Source of the DNA: Oopsacas minuta
Lineage: Eukaryota > Animalia > Porifera
DNA length: 64,000 nt
Direction of reading: 5' to 3'
Assembly (NCBI GenBank): GCA_024704765.1
Contig: JAKMXF010000336.1
Location: forward strand, 1 to 64,000
Positions 1 to 14,655 of the stretch are shown piece after piece. The number at the start of each line of letters is the position of its first letter. The first letter of the stretch is position 1. Both the position numbers and the translations under genes were made by a program. Below the pieces are notes generated by a model. The model saw only the letters and a program-made list of their open reading frames with translations, had not been told where the DNA came from and did not search any database.

Positions 1-240
1 GAAGCGTATTAATTAACACATTTTTTTGATTACTGCAACAGTGAATATACAATTTTGGCTCGCCTATATGTATTCTCTAATACTATTCATATATTGTGTG
101 ATCTATTGTTTACTGTCTAGTTTGTTTAACGAATGCCTACATATATACGTATATTATCGATTGCTGTAAGTCTAGTATTAGAATATATACGTATCTAAAC
201 AAGTCTGGTCCGAATTTAAGTTTGATTCATGAAGTAAACT

Positions 241-2211
241 ATGCTCCCAGTTAAGAAAAGGACGGTAGATTCTGAAATGAGGACTTTCAAGGAGTGTTGG
301 ACAGAATAATATTTCTTTATTTGCCACAATAGGCAACCTCTCTGTCTTATCTGCCAAGAGATGATTGCAGTCAAGAAAGAATTCAACATAAAGAGACATT
401 ATGAGGCAAAACACTCAAAGTATTCAGAGTACACTGGTTTGATCCGGATCGATAAGATAGAAGCTTTGAAGAAAAGTATCTCCAAGCAGCAAATGACTTT
501 TACAAAAATAAACGAAAACTCAGAGAAGGCCACCAAAGTGCATTTAGCAATCAGCCACCTAATAGCGAAGAATATGAAACCATTTTCAGATGGCCACTTT
601 TCAAGGAATGCATTATGACAGCTGTTGATTTGCTTTGCCCTGAAGAGAAAAATGTTTTTGCCAATGTAAGTCTTTCATCATCAACTGTGACTCGTAGAAT
701 TGAAGATATCGCAGAAAATTTCAAGTTGTCATTGAAGGATGTTGCTGAACAGTATCAGTACTACACTATAGCTCTCGATGAAAGCAATGATTTATGTGAC
801 ACAGCACAATTTTCGGGATTTGTGCATGGCGTTACACCTGACTTTCACTTTTTTGAAGAATTGTGCGTTGCTGCCTATGAAAGGTAGAGCTACAGATATT
901 GATATATTTAATGTTGTTAAAGATGTACTCGAGGAGTTTAACCTAAATCATGATAATATTTTTGATGTTACAACTGATGGTGCTCCTGCAATGGTTGGTA
1001 AAGAAATGGTATTGCAGCACTGCTTGAGAAATATTGCAAAGAAAATGGAAGCCAAGGAGATTTCATTAAAATACATTGCTTAATACATCAGGAGGCCTTG
1101 TGTGCCAAATCTATAAAATTGAAAAATGTCATGGGAATAGTTGTGAAGTCTGTGAACTTCGTAAAAAATCGAGGTCTCAATTACCGTCAGTTCCAAGAGT
1201 TGCTCAAACTTTACTTTAGTCTTATACCGCTGAATAATATGATAACACTCCATGCAACCGACTCATCTCCGCGATACAACTAACGAGTGTATTATTTGAA
1301 AGAAGAGGTTGACACCTTCATGAGAAGCAAGGGGATGGTCATTCCTCAGTTCACTGATTCCTCATGGTTATCAGACTTTGCATTTTAGTAGACATTACTG
1401 ATCATCTGAATTCACTCAATTTGCATTTGCAAGGTAAAAGACAGCTAATAAACGTACTATTCGAGCACATATGTTCCTTTGAAATCAAACTTCAGCTTTG
1501 GGAAAATCAGCTACAAGAAAAGAATTTTGTACATTTTCCAACTTTAAAAGCAAATAACCCAGATGACACAGGCACCTACGTAAGCTTTATTTCCGACTTA
1601 AGAGCTCAGTTTTCTGCCAGATTTATGGATGTACAGAAGTACAAGTCTGATTTCAGGCTACTTGTAGCATCTTTTGATGTTTCTGTTGATGAAGCTGCTG
1701 AACTAGTGCAAATGAAATTGGTAGATCTTCAGTGTAATGATCTTTTGAAGTCTAAATTTCGTGATTGTGAGGATGATATTATTACTTTTTACCAAAAGTA
1801 TCTTACAGAACAGCAATTTCCAGAACTTCGGAAACATGCTACGAAATTCTGCTGCATATTTGGCAGTACTTTCATATGCGAACAACTATTCTCAAAAATG
1901 AAGTCTACCAAAAGTATTACACGTACGAGACTCACAGATGACCATTTAAATGATGTTTTAAGAATCACAACAACTGTTAGCATACCAAATTTTGAAACAT
2001 TATCAAAACAAAGAAAACAGCATCAAGTTTCTCATTAACATGTTAGTAAAGTGTAATATTAGTTCAATGTTAGTTACTAAGAAATGTGTGAAGCAGTCCC
2101 AATTGCTTACTCTTAGGACATAGGACATAGGGTATAAAAGAGAAGTTTGGCCCGCCTGACTCACATATTAGTAGGAACTGGCACTTGGTTCTAAAAGGTT
2201 GGGGACCGCTG
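241..2211 (+). mobile_element. hAT (Charlie/GTF2IRD2-type) transposon: transposase pseudogene 241-2038 and right terminus
   Basis: ATG 241 reads MLPVKKRTVDSEMRTFKECWTE*YFF..CLICQEMIAVKKEFNIKRHYEAKH; later ALDESND, TTDGAPAM, FGSTFICEQLFSKMK..RTRLTD motifs broken by stops/frameshifts. Terminus reads CAGCGGTCCCCAACCTTTT on the minus strand (ends 2211), followed by TTCTAGAG, matching the Charlie NTCTAGAN target. Left end not seen. Confidence 0.9.
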
Positions 2212-2829
2212 TTCTAGAGATCTGTTTATACGAGCAAAAGATGGCAAAACTGCTAATATTGTATATCCATTTACCTTACAATAATTCATATACAAACACA
2301 TATTGTCCCATGAATGCATATAATCTCATGAGATTTCTATATCAATGATCAATACTTAAGAGTATCGCATATGGAGTCTACAAATCAGGTCACTGTTATG
2401 ACATATTTGGCCCAACTGCAAAAATGGTCCGTGAGGGCCAAATTTGGCATAATTCTGACAAATTGACAAATTTGGTCTGGACTAAATCTAGTCTGTTATA
2501 AAGTTTTAGTGCATCTCAAATACTAATTACAAATTTTGCTCCAGGGTTATATAAGGATGCCATTAAGTATATGGTTTCTCTAACAAACAAGATTATTGTA
2601 CTGTCAGAATGACATGATTGTTTCGAATTATGTTAGTTCGAGTTAACTTAGGGTACTGAAAATACTTTAATCACTTTGATATACAAATCACATTCCCATT
2701 ATTTAGCCACTTTTGAATACGAATTCTAAAAACTAATTTGAAATTTAAAACTAACATAACCACGGAGTACTAACTTTCTTGGACGTGACAAAGCAAAGCC
2801 ACAACCAAAAGTGCATAGGCTGAACATTG

Positions 2830-3766
2830 TATGACATATACAGAATGGTTCATATCGCAAACAGTACTTTTATACCTAAGTAAATGTATTACAGATATGT
2901 AGAATATCATGTCTCCAAACCAACAAAGCAAAAAAGTTGTCGAAATGTGCCAATTTCTTTGCTTAGTAAGCATCTTTGATGAGCAGTATAACGTCAAATA
3001 TCGCATCTCTGATTCAAAGTTAATGTACGAAATGATCTAAAGATGTTTTTGTAAATCAAAATAAAATATTTCTGATGATAAAGTTGGCAGGTTTTTGAGT
3101 TACAGTAATGACCATGGATGGTTTAACTTTGTCAATATGCATTTATAAGTCGAAAACACTCAATGACATAACAAAACTCACTATTGTCGAGTTATAATAT
3201 ATACTCAATTTCCCATACACTTTTAGTACATGTTGATATGATATCTCCTACGATTATAACGTAATCCTGAATATTACCATGTATGGCTTTATTGATGACT
3301 ATGCAATAATTCGATATCATATGATAGCATATCAACATGTACTAAAAGGTATGGGAAATCGAGTAGGTGCTATAAATTGGCAATAGTGAGTTTTGTTATA
3401 TCATTGATGGTTTTCGACTCATAAAGCACAATGACAAATTATCACAATCCATGGTCACTACTGTAACTCAAAAGACATGCCAACTTTATTATAACAAATT
3501 TTTAATGTGTTTTACCAGACCATCTTTACATAATTTTGTGCATTAACTTTGAAAACAAAGATGCGATATTTGAGATTCAACAACTCATCAAAGATTGGGG
3601 CCATATTCTCCAAATAATGCTTATTAAGCAAAGAAATTGACACATTATGATAATTCTTTTGCTTTGTTGGTTTGGAGACATGATATCTGCATATATGTAT
3701 TTTATTCTCTTAGACATAAAAGTACTATTTGTGCGATATGAAACTATTCTGTAAACTAATATCATA
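2830..3766. repeat. ~940-bp foldback (long imperfect inverted repeat), MITE-like
   Basis: Arms ~2830-3245 and ~3320-3766 are reverse complements, e.g. ataaagttggcaggtttttgagttacagtaatgaccatggat vs atccatggtcactactgtaactcaaaagacatgccaactttat; no TSD found. Confidence 0.8.
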
Positions 3767-4006
3767 ATTATCGTAGACTACTATATCAATAGTCTAAAGA
3801 TTAGAGATTGATGGTAGGCCTTATATAGAGAAGGCTATGATTATAGGCACTAGAATTTCAATACCAACAAATATTGTGATAGTTTTTGCTGAATATTGAA
3901 AGCTACCTGTATTATTCTTATATTCAAGATTTCGTTACTTCAAAGCATCAATATGTAGTTTAAAATATTTAATAGTTATGATTATTAAAACTTTCTTAAG
4001 CGCTAC

Positions 4007-4794
4007 CATAGTCTACAACATAACACGGATAGGAAAGTAGCCGAGCAACAAATACAAAAGAGAGGCCATTTGTAAAAATCTGATAAAGCACAATTACCCT
4101 TTCAAGATTTGTGAATTGAAATTTTTAGGATTAGAAAATGTAAGGAATCAGTTAAGACTATCTAAAAAGTTCAAACTGCCATCCTTCGTCTCGTTTAGGC
4201 GCATTCCAATCATGAAATCAAAATTCACACAAATCCTCATTTGAAATAGATTATTTTATACATATTGAAATTCTTGTGTATTTCGATCAATTAATGCCCT
4301 CAATTTATTCATACGGTATAAATATTTAACACGTTTTCTTTAGAATAGAATTCAGATGACATCTTCATATTTATTTTTGAGATCATAAATCAATTTTTGA
4401 TAAATAAATTATTTTCATGTCCATGATATAATTAATAATTTTCTTCCAATAAGATATCTTTAAAAACATGGATTTAACTTGAGTGCGAACTACATGTACG
4501 AATTCAAACAATATTAGCATAATGTTAAATAAAATACATTTTACGAAAATATCTGTGTAAATAATCAAATTATATAATACAAACGTCATCGGATAAATGG
4601 CGCCTAAACGAGATGAAGGATAACCGTTTGAACTTTTTAGGTAGTCTTAACTAATTGATTACATTTTGTAACCCTAAAAAGTTCGATTTACAAATTTTGA
4701 AGGATGAAATTAACTTTTAGGAGATTCATACAAATGGCCTCTTTTGTATTCGTTGCTCGGCTACTTTCCTATCACTATGATATATTAGTCTATG
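4007..4794. mobile_element. Long-TIR MITE with P-element-type ends
   Basis: ~200-bp TIRs; ends CATAGTCTA...TAGTCTATG; flanking 7-bp direct repeat gcgctac/acgctac. Confidence 0.75.
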
Positions 4795-5816
4795 ACGCTA
4801 CAAATAGATTGTCATTACCTCAGTATTATTAAAATTCTTAACCACATAAAAATTGAAAGTAAAAACTAAACAACGATAACTGCTATGGTAATACTGGCCA
4901 CCATAACTAAGACGTCACCAAAATGGATATACGTATAGATGACAAATGAAAATTTTCAAAAGGTTTGATTTCGAAAAATTCGGTGAAACAGAAGTATTTG
5001 CAAACAATCACATAATTTTGTATGTTTGTGCTAAGTCAGTATGACGTCAGGGAATACTAGAGTGCTCATAACTCGGTTTTTATACGAGATAGGATGGTTC
5101 TGTCAGTTGATGACCTGTAGTATATGTTAGGACAGAAACAGTACCAACATTAATGATGACGTCATCATAGTAAATTAATAATGACGAATTTCAATTCCTG
5201 GGGCAGATAGAGGTTGTATAGCAGAGCTGGCAATCCCTAAATGTGGTATGGCGAAGCGAGAACGCTCTGAAAAGTGGTTACGCGCTCGTTGCACCACCGT
5301 ACCCAGTCTGTCGCCCATTGCTTGAAACTTTCAGTACTTAATGTATAATATTTTGGCTGTGACTGGCGAGCGAAGGATAAATATAGAATATAGGCTAGTG
5401 ATATCAAAATATAAGTACTGGCACTTTATGGTCTACACATAAATAATACAAGTCGACAGATTGGTACGCAGCACGGACTCTGGATCATGATTCTTACCAA
5501 TGAACAAACTCATTAGTCATTAAAATGAACTAGCGATACCATGCGAGTTGTTGCTACCTCTTTGAAAATTCTGCATAAATGCAGTCTCTGCCTCCATTCC
5601 AGTGGGGAGAGAACCCCGGGGTACCCAGATATGGCGCCTGTGGTCGCAAGTTAGGGTTGTGGTGGGCTTGCCTCCCCAAGGAATTGACTAGTTGATCGAT
5701 CCTGAGCTATCCCGTAACAATCTATACGGGGTGCATGCATTTGTTAGAATTTAGTAGTCATTTGTCAGAATTTCTACAGTTTGCACTTGTTAGAATGAGT
5801 TTTTCATATGTTTATA

Positions 5817-6002
5817 CAGTAGAACTCGGATAAGACGTACCCCCTCGGGAAACAGAAATTAGTTCGTCTTAACCGAGTGTACGTCTTATCCGAATATGTT
5901 TGCATTACAAATAATGATGACTGATATTTTGGGATACAAGAAATAGTACGTCTTAACCGAGTGTACGTCTTAAGCCGAGTACGTCTTATCCGAGTTCTAC
6001 TG
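5817..6002. mobile_element. pogo/Tigger-type MITE (copy 1)
   Basis: TIR CAGTAGAACTCGGATAAGACGTA, TA duplication (5815-16, 6003-04), inserted in the MULE TIR. Confidence 0.9.
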
Positions 6003-6293
6003 TACTTGTTAGAATGTTTTTTTCATTTGTTTATACTTGTTAGAATGGGTTTTCATATGTTTGCACTTGTTAGAATGTTTTTATCGAGATACAGACAAAT
6101 GACTACATGATAGTTGGGAATGGACACATTGACAACAAAGAACTTCAAGAGTGTCCTTTATTGTTGTATTTATTGAAAGAATACTTATTCATTAGTCCAT
6201 CTAAGTTGCTTCAGCTAACAATTCCAAATAATAATGGATTGCTTCCACATAACACTTAACAAATAGACAAGACTAATAATAGGCAGTTTGGCA

Positions 6294-6318
6294 ATATATA
6301 TATATATATATATATATA
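6294..6318. repeat. (TA)n microsatellite
   Basis: Pure TA run. Confidence 0.9.
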
Positions 6319-9300
6319 CGTGACGTATACGTATATTCTATTTGCATATCTCTAAATTTGTTGGTATTATTTTGATGACTGAGCCAAATACAGAACCAAG
6401 TTAGTTCAGGTTGATCAGATTGTCAACTATCCGAAAGGAGTGTTATAAACTTCCCAAAGGCGGTTATATCTATAATAAACAGAGAGTAATTGGGGATGTT
6501 ACACACTGGCAATGCGAGAAAACAAGGATATGTAAAGTAAGGCTCCATACTAAAATGAACGAAATTGTAAAGCGTCCTGGAGAGCATTTTCATAGTCCAG
6601 ACATATTGCCTGTCAATTGCTTAGAAGTGAAGGATAGAATGAAACGTAAAGCTCGCCAAACACATGACACAACTCATCATATTCTTGAAGACGAATTGGG
6701 AATAATTACTGATTCAAGGGCTGCAAAACTACCAAAACTTGATTGCATGAAGCATACCATTCGTAGAGAAAGGCAGGTACGAGATATAACTCCCGTTCAA
6801 CCAGAAAGTCTTCATGATATTGCCATTCCTCATGAGTTTACGATAACAGCTAAAGAGGAAAACTTTCTATTATATGATTCCGGTCCTGAACTAACCAGAA
6901 TTCTAATATTTGGGACACAGAAGAACTGTGATATGCTAACAACATACAATATTTTGCTAGCAGATGGAACTTTCAAAACCTCGCCTCAACTTTCGCTCAA
7001 GTATATACAATACACGCGTTACGTCGAGGTCCAAACCCTCGACAAGATAGCTATCTTTTACCTTGCCTCTTTATACTATTACCCAATAAGACCGAAGCAA
7101 CATACACTCGAATGTGGGAACGTATCAGAATCCTTTGTCCTACAGCATCTCCAACAAGCATGATTATGGATTTTGAAAAGGCCGCAATCAATGCCTTTCA
7201 GATGGAATGGGCAACGACTACAGTAAAAGGCTGTTTCTTTAATTTCGCGCAAAATGTTTGGCGTAAAATTTAGGAATTAAGATTCCAAACAACTATTTGA
7301 ATGATGAACAATTAGCTCTTCGTCTAAGAATGCTTCCTGCACTTGCTTTTGCACCTCCACTTGAAGTTCAAGAACTCTTGCCACAAGTAATAGAACAACT
7401 GGATATGCCAGCTTCTCTGGAACTTGCATTGTATTTTGAGAATACCTACATAGGTCGAACAGTTGCCAGCGGAACACAGTTAGCACCATTATTTCCCATT
7501 GAGATGTGGAATCATCATCACGCTGTACCTCAGGGGATACCTCGTACAAACAATGCTATAGAAACATGGCACAGAGCCTATAATGTTACTATTGGTTGCC
7601 ACCATCCGAATATATGGAAATTGATTATCACAATCAAACGAGAACAAAGATTGGTTGAAGTAAAGCAGGATAATTTTTAGCGGGGGATAAGCCATCTAAA
7701 AGAACACATAATTCCGCTAATGAGGAGGGATGACCAATCTTGTTTTTAGTTATTTTCACCGATCCCAAATGGAATTCCTCCAAGGGATTGCACCCAGATT
7801 AACTTTTGGAACACTTAGGACGAGTATTAGGATATACTACTTTGATATTCTATCCTTCCTTATGCATCATTACTTCGTCTTTTGCAATTTGACTTATTAT
7901 TAATTTTAGTAGAATATATATATAGACACATCACTTTAAATCAGTAGAAAACATGAATCTATATCACAAAGTACGGGAATTGTAATATTTATCATGTAGT
8001 CATTTGTCCGTATCCCGTTGTTTTCATATGTTTGCACTTGTTAGAATGATTTTTTCGTATCAAATTCAGTGACAATCAACAATATTTTTGGCTGATACGA
8101 TGAAGGCGTTGGAGTTGTGCATTCAACACTGCATCATGAATGAACCATTCTAACAAATGCAAACATATGAAAAAACCCATTCTAACAAATGCAAACATAT
8201 GAAAAACTCATTCTAACAAGTGCAAACATATGAGAAATACCATTCTAACAAGTTCAAACTGTAGAGATTCCAACAAATGACTACTTCAAAATTCTAACAA
8301 ATGCTGCGCTCCCATCTATACACTATTACATTAGTGCTGATTGATGGTTCCGGACCAGGGATAAGTAAAGTCAGTGCTAAGGAATTCTATTAGTTAAGAT
8401 AAATTTAAACGGTAATTCGGCCCGAAATATGTATTATTGAAATTTGAAATTACTCACAGTCTACATCTACAAACTATTTCGGTACAAATGACGTAATCTA
8501 ATTGCTTACTTAGCAAATATGTCAGAAAAATGCTTCACTTTTGAATCTCTGTATAGAAGAAATTAATATATAAACAGTTACAAAATTGCTACTATGTGAT
8601 CTAACTATGTTGCTATACAAAATATCTAAATTTTGACAATGTAAAGTTCGCGCGATCAGAGTTATAGTAGTGACCATGGATAGCTTCTTTTTGCCAATAT
8701 TCAACCATAACTTACAACCTCCAAAGATATTGCCAAATAATCAAACAGATTTATAGCATATACCGAATTCCCTTACTCTGATAATATATTTTAATATGAC
8801 ATCTCAAAAGAATATCGTGAAGTCAGCAATAATACCATATATAGCCATTTTCGATACTGACTAGCACACTGGAACACGAACTTGATAATAACAAAATTTT
8901 GGTATAGCAACAGCGTAAGATACGATGGTATAAGTTTTGTAACCGTTGATATATTCATAATCTATTAACAGAGTTTCAAAATGGGGCATTTTCTGAGATA
9001 TTTGCTAAATCAGCAATTAGATAACGTCATTTTTGCAGGTAATAGTTTGTTGATGTAGACTTTGAGTAATATTATTCATCAATAATACGTATATTCGTGC
9101 AAAATGTAGTGTATAAATTTGATCTCAACTAATAGAATTCCTTAGCCCTGACTTGAAGTATTCCTGGTCGGAGTCAATCAATCAGCACAACTACCTTAGT
9201 CTATAGAGTGTTATAGCTATTCCTTATATCTACTAGTACAACTATAATGAAGCAAATATTCAGACGTATAAGACGTTTGGTTGTACTTAGGGATGGACCT

Positions 9301-10462
9301 AGACACGAAGATTTGCCTGGCTATTTTGTTGGATCATCGTATTATCCGGGATCGAGGCTTTAGATTGTACCAACTAAATACAGTGAAAATCCGAAAATAT
9401 TTGGTGTGTATAGGGATTTTGGCAATCTAGATGGTAAAATGGGAGCTCCATAAAGGATATACAGTTGAAATTGGGATATTTTGACAAGGGAGTTTTGTCC
9501 TATCTGTTAACTTGAGTTCAAGTCAGTGAAAATTGTTTAATCGAAATTCCTAAAATAATACGTTTTTTGTCCTATCGAGTACTTTGTATATCAGAGGACG
9601 AAAACAATTAAAAATCGGTCTGGCTTTCATTTGTCCCATTAGTCAGGTTCATTGTCAAAGATTTATGGTTCGTTGGGACCATGTAACGAATTGTTACTCT
9701 AAATTATTTTGGATAGCATATGACCAGAGGACTTAGAAACCCAATGTTGCGAATGTTGTGATCCAAAATTGTGACTACAAATGATTCAATCCAATAAATA
9801 TGTTGCTATACGTAATCAGAGAGAAATTCCCGTCTTACAACTGGTATAAACTCCCTATACTGTCATTTGACTCAAATGTGAGGATTTTTCTCTGCCACAC
9901 CTTATATTATTGCATTCACTAGCTTTAGTGGAGTCGGATTTGACATTAATTATGCATTTTACCTCAATTAAAATATTTCTTTGTTGGCTATAGTGCCAAA
10001 TCCAATTTGAATTGTGTCGGCCAAAATGACCACTTAAGCGACACATTCTGGAGGAGTTAAAATCCAGCTAACGGCTACAATTATATTTTAATCTAATCTG
10101 TGTGCAGATATTTGTGATCAGTGTAAAATTCTTTCCCCGTCTTGCTATTCTTCAGTTATATAATAATGATTGGCTATGAATTGATTACGTGTGGGCTGAA
10201 TCCGTCCAATGATTGAGGTGACAAAGGTTTGCAGCAAAGAATAATCTAGGAGTATGATAATTGAAGATAATGTAATTCGGTGCGTAAAAGGTTTCCCAAT
10301 ACCATAACACTAATATACTGATTCAAGCATATGAAAAGTTGAGAGAAGGAAAGCTAGGAGCGTGCTCCGAATAACCAATATAACTCTGTGGTTGGCAAGT
10401 TTGTACAGTTCAAAAGTCATAGTAATTCGCGACAATTTGCATGTGTGTTTCAAAAGTAGATA

Positions 10463-11568
10463 CCTTAATTCCCTGAATTATCGCACGGCTTATTAACAAT
10501 AAATGGGGGTAGTTTAATGCGATTTGCTTTAACAGCGAGACACACAGTAATGCGAGACTTTCATGCCGGTTGTCCTAATTGGGATAGATTTATGTCCCAT
10601 GAAATCGACAGTTGTATCGGCAGGCATGAAAACCATATTGGAGTCGCATCCATGGCTCCGATATGGGAAAGCTGGTATCGATTACGTGGAATTTGCGAGC
10701 GGACGAAGATGATGTAATTCATCAACTTTGGAATGACTGTTTCAGGAATCTTTTGTCCAACTGTAGTACGACGCCTGAGAGTAATATTGTGTCTACCAAA
10801 AAAGTTCCGTAGCCAACCGCGACTTGCTACGAAGGATTCTTCTTCTCCAGCATAGAGTTCTAGAGCCTTTCCCTGTACCATTTTACGTGTAACTCTCAGC
10901 CTCTGGCTTCTCAGATCCTCAATCCATGAATACAAACTTTCCTCCAACGTCTCGAATGAAGGCGGCCGACTACCGCCATCTAGCCTACGACGCTTTGCAT
11001 TATGAGCAGCTTCACAACTATCTTTCAGCTTGTCTTTGTTTATGCACCATTCCCGGACACGCTTGCAGTCGACGCCATACTTTCGAGCTGCTTCTTCCTT
11101 TGAATTTCCAGAAGTTACAAAATGAACAGCTTCTAATTGAAATTCAAGTGTGTAGCTAAGAAACTTTCGTTTTAATTGCCCTCTTTCCATATTTACTATT
11201 GCTAATATGAAAGGGAAGACAGTATTATGTAGCTAATAATGGCTAGTACCTGTACACAAATTACTATTTATCCGATTTGAAAAATCAAACACATAAACTC
11301 AAAACAATACAATTTGTAATCCAACCTTTATTAATCGAGCTTAATACTAATTAGAAAATTTTTACATCACGAGTCAGATCACACTAACATGTTTATTACG
11401 CCTACTTTCAGTTTTTTAATCGATAGAATTACAATGTAAACATCATTCATTCATTCAAACTTGTGATATACCATATACGTATACCTTTACTGATCAATGA
11501 ATTTCAATCCCTAGCGTTTATTAAAACGGGCACTTATAACAGACCGGCGCTTATTCGGGGAAATACTA
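10463..11568 (-). mobile_element. pogo-family element, internally deleted (ORF 10561-11190)
   Basis: Brinker-like DBD (YTLEFQLEAV..AARKYGVDCKRVREW), CENP-B-type HTH (FVASRGWLRNFFGRH) and only the first catalytic motif (MDATPIWF); imperfect TIRs (tagtatttccccgaataagcgccgg) flanked by TA. Confidence 0.85.
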
Positions 11569-13175
11569 TAATCAAATCAGGATAGCAATTCTATAGCACC
11601 GATAAACTTCCGAGATATGACATCATCGGGAGAATCATTTTGTGCTGTACCTCGGTGGTTGACGTATCTAAGAAGTAGCCCCTATACGCGGTAAATTTAC
11701 TGTATATGTATTACTAATAGTTATTAAAACTGTTTAACCGAGGAAGACGTTTTGGTTTAGGAATCCATGTGTCTACCATCTAAAATCAAAATCCAAAATG
11801 TTAAATTAAATCGAAGGATTCGAATTGTGGAATCCACAGATCTGCTTGAGGATTTTGAATGTTCGATGCTACGAGTTTATCAAAATATCCTGCAAAATCC
11901 TTTTATGCCAGCATCAAGATAGGTTCGGGTAAACTCCTGGTAAACCTCTTGCCTCGGCTGATGGAGATTTCTGGGTGCCTAAATGATATTATCAAAATAC
12001 AATTAATCTGTATATATGTATGTATGAATATGCTTGTATGTTCGGAAATTATAGGAGAAACTGAAAGACACCCATGGCTGATTATTAGCATACAGGAGTA
12101 TTTGGGCCTGGCTCGGACACATTTGAGTCTTTGACGAAAGTTCACACTTATGACAAAACTATGACGTAATTGTAACTTTATAGATTTTGAAAAATCACAT
12201 TATCCACCACTGATTGGGAAGTATAATTGATAGAAACTTGAAATTTGAATCACAAGCACTCAGTAATATGTAGATGTGACGTCACGATTTTGACAAATGC
12301 CAACTCATCATGGAGTTATTACGTCATCATAACTGTACAAAAATCAGAATTTTCCGATATTGTAATGCCTGAGGCACAAAATGCCAAGATTACTAACCAA
12401 AAGGACCATCTCCAGTCACCGCAAAAGACAATAAATGTAATTTGGATGTAGCAAGGATAATGTAATCTTAAAATTGCTTCTATATTATGAACTCAAGGCA
12501 CGAAATTCTGAGTATACCCTGTCGCTTAGTGACCAACAACACTAACAAATTTGCTGTTCAATAATTCTACTAACCTGAGGCATTAAGCCGTCGCGTATGG
12601 CTTTGCAAGAGAAGCGCCTTGTCTATACATTATATCACAAATAATCAATAAATATGTGGATATATTCGAATGTACATATATACATATGGGTAGCCGGAAT
12701 TTGTCCTACAAACAGTTTTATACAACCTTGTCCTACATTAATCTAGATATAGGAATTCGTCCAACAACCAATTTCGGAACTTGTCCTCTAAGATATTGTT
12801 CATAGGAATCTGTCCTGTGTTGTACGTATTGCTTGAAAAGCAAGATATAGTAGTAATTTGAAATTCATCACAGTTGTATAGAGGTGACCTTTATGAATAC
12901 AAGAGAAGTTACTGATGAATAAGATAATACAGGGCAGTAAGAAATAATCGAAGGAACTTGTCAAAGGTGGAGTTTATGAGCGTATATAGATGTGACCTTA
13001 AGAGACATGTTTAGTGTCAATAACTAAGAGCTCATAATGGTGGCTCCTGGTGTAGGGCAGGTGACAACTATACAGATGACATTATAATAAGAAATGGTAG
13101 AGATCTTTTTAGTAGCCGCTAAGTCCAGCCAAGAGGAGGTCGTTCAATGTTGAGATCCATATTAATTTAATTACA

Positions 13176-13665
13176 ACGAGCTTTTGGCTATTCGCTTTGC
13201 GGTTAACTCGGCTCATTGCACCTCGAGGTATCCATTATTCTCCAAATTGACTGCCCCTTCGAGTATTATAATATAGATATACGTAGATGGTATACATATT
13301 ATTGAGTTATTTTGTAATATACAATAAATTAACATATGAGAAACCTGAAAATGCGAAGTTTAGATTCAGCGTACTTAGTTACCTCTGGGTAGCCGTTTAG
13401 AGCAAGCCTGTAAGTATATTTTGAGATATGGATAATTTTTTTACTTTATATTCATAAAAACAACAATAAATTTACATATGATTAATCCAAAAGTGTGAAA
13501 TTCAGATTCTGCATTTTTCATATATTTAGTGAGTTTATTGAATTTTATTTACTTCCTTGATAAACACGATTAATACATAATTATGTGATTATTTCAAAAT
13601 TGCATACCGTAATTCTTTCCTTGGCAACGGAGAAACAAACAAAAAACAATTGAGATTAAATAATA
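13176..13665 (-). mobile_element. Non-autonomous Helitron-like repeat (family H), copy 1
   Basis: Homologous to 47597-48195, 54000-54225, 54850-55020, 55197-55643, 59646-60040 and fragment ~14290-14480; (TTTG)n near one end, GC-rich hairpin at the other; no TIR/TSD. Confidence 0.55.
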
Positions 13666-13670
13666 TATAT

Positions 13671-14073
13671 CAGTGGCGTCGCATTGCTTCAAAAAGTGCT
13701 CCGACTAGATATAGAAACAAATCTTAGTTGTATGGCCCAATAAATGTAGAGTTAAAACATTGGGAAGTAATTAATAAACTTATAAAGTGTTCTCATAGTA
13801 GAGACACTAGATTACATGTCATATTTTGAAAACGTACCAAAAACAGTTACTCAGTGTTCAGTGCTCGAAAATTGATTTGCCAAATCAATTGCTACTTGGG
13901 AAATCGGAAATATATAACGATTTACAAGGTCAGAAAATTATTTCCATACTATGGATAAAATAGTGCGATGCAATAATTTATCAAAACAAGAAAAGTCATG
14001 GTCCGGCTAAAAGCCTACGAGCAAATTCTGTCCAAAAAAGGTCCGCCAAAGCCGACCTACTCCCACGCCTATG
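13671..14073. mobile_element. hAT-type MITE
   Basis: Ends CAGTGGCGTC...ACGCCTATG; TSD unclear in AT-rich flanks. Confidence 0.5.
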
Positions 14074-14655
14074 TATATTATATAATATTTAATGTAACAA
14101 AATGACAAGTTAGAGCATATATGTGCATAATCAAACTGACCGTTAGCTAAATCTTAACACCTTCAAAATGTATCTCTTAAGTGGTAAATTGTGGCCGATA
14201 TAATGGAAATTGGAGTTTGTACTATGTCCAGAAATGAATTATTTGGGTTGAGGAACAACCTTAGAAAGTGCGAAAATATACATTAGTAAATCTCAATTGC
14301 TCATTGTCTGTCTGTTGTACCTAGTCAAGGGAAGATTTACGGTATGCAATTTTGAATGTAGCATAACTATGTATTTACCCTGTTATCAAGGAAGTAAATA
14401 GAATTCAATAAAACTTCACCAAATATATCGAACATGCTGAATCCGATGGCTACTAAGTGTTCACAACAGCGCATTCGTTTTATGTGAAAATGAATCAAGC
14501 CTTTATCTACTATATCAACTGCGCTAACTCTGATTATTATTGTACAATCTTGACATCTTCTAAACCTCACCACCTTAGATACAAGGGTATTGAGTAATCC
14601 AAATATTGAAAACACAACAAGTTCTCATTTTCAGTGCTTCATAAATATTCCGGAC

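Larger units (their letters stand above)
5728..8313 (+). mobile_element. Mutator-like element (MULE) with FLYWCH + MULE transposase pseudogene (~6375-7700)
   Basis: Long TIRs built of ~30-bp ttgttagaatg..ttttcatatg subrepeats; TSD atctatac at 5720-27 and 8314-21; ORF pieces HWQCEK..CKVRLHT (FLYWCH), ADGTFKT, VKGCFF, RTNNAIETWHR. Confidence 0.9.
5713..9215. mobile_element. Foldback MITE interrupted in its left TIR by a MULE
   Basis: 8314-~8650 is the reverse complement of ~8870-9215; the left arm resumes at 5713-5727 (cgtaacaatctatac vs right end gtatagagtgttata-like); 7-bp flanks gctatcc (5706-12) / gctattc (9216-22). Confidence 0.65.

Noticed and set aside
5260-5400. Helitron 3' end (gcgagcgaag...CTAG|T)
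   Set aside because: Single occurrence with no matching 5' end.
9249-10060. Coding-looking stretch
   Set aside because: Stops in all frames and no recognisable motif.
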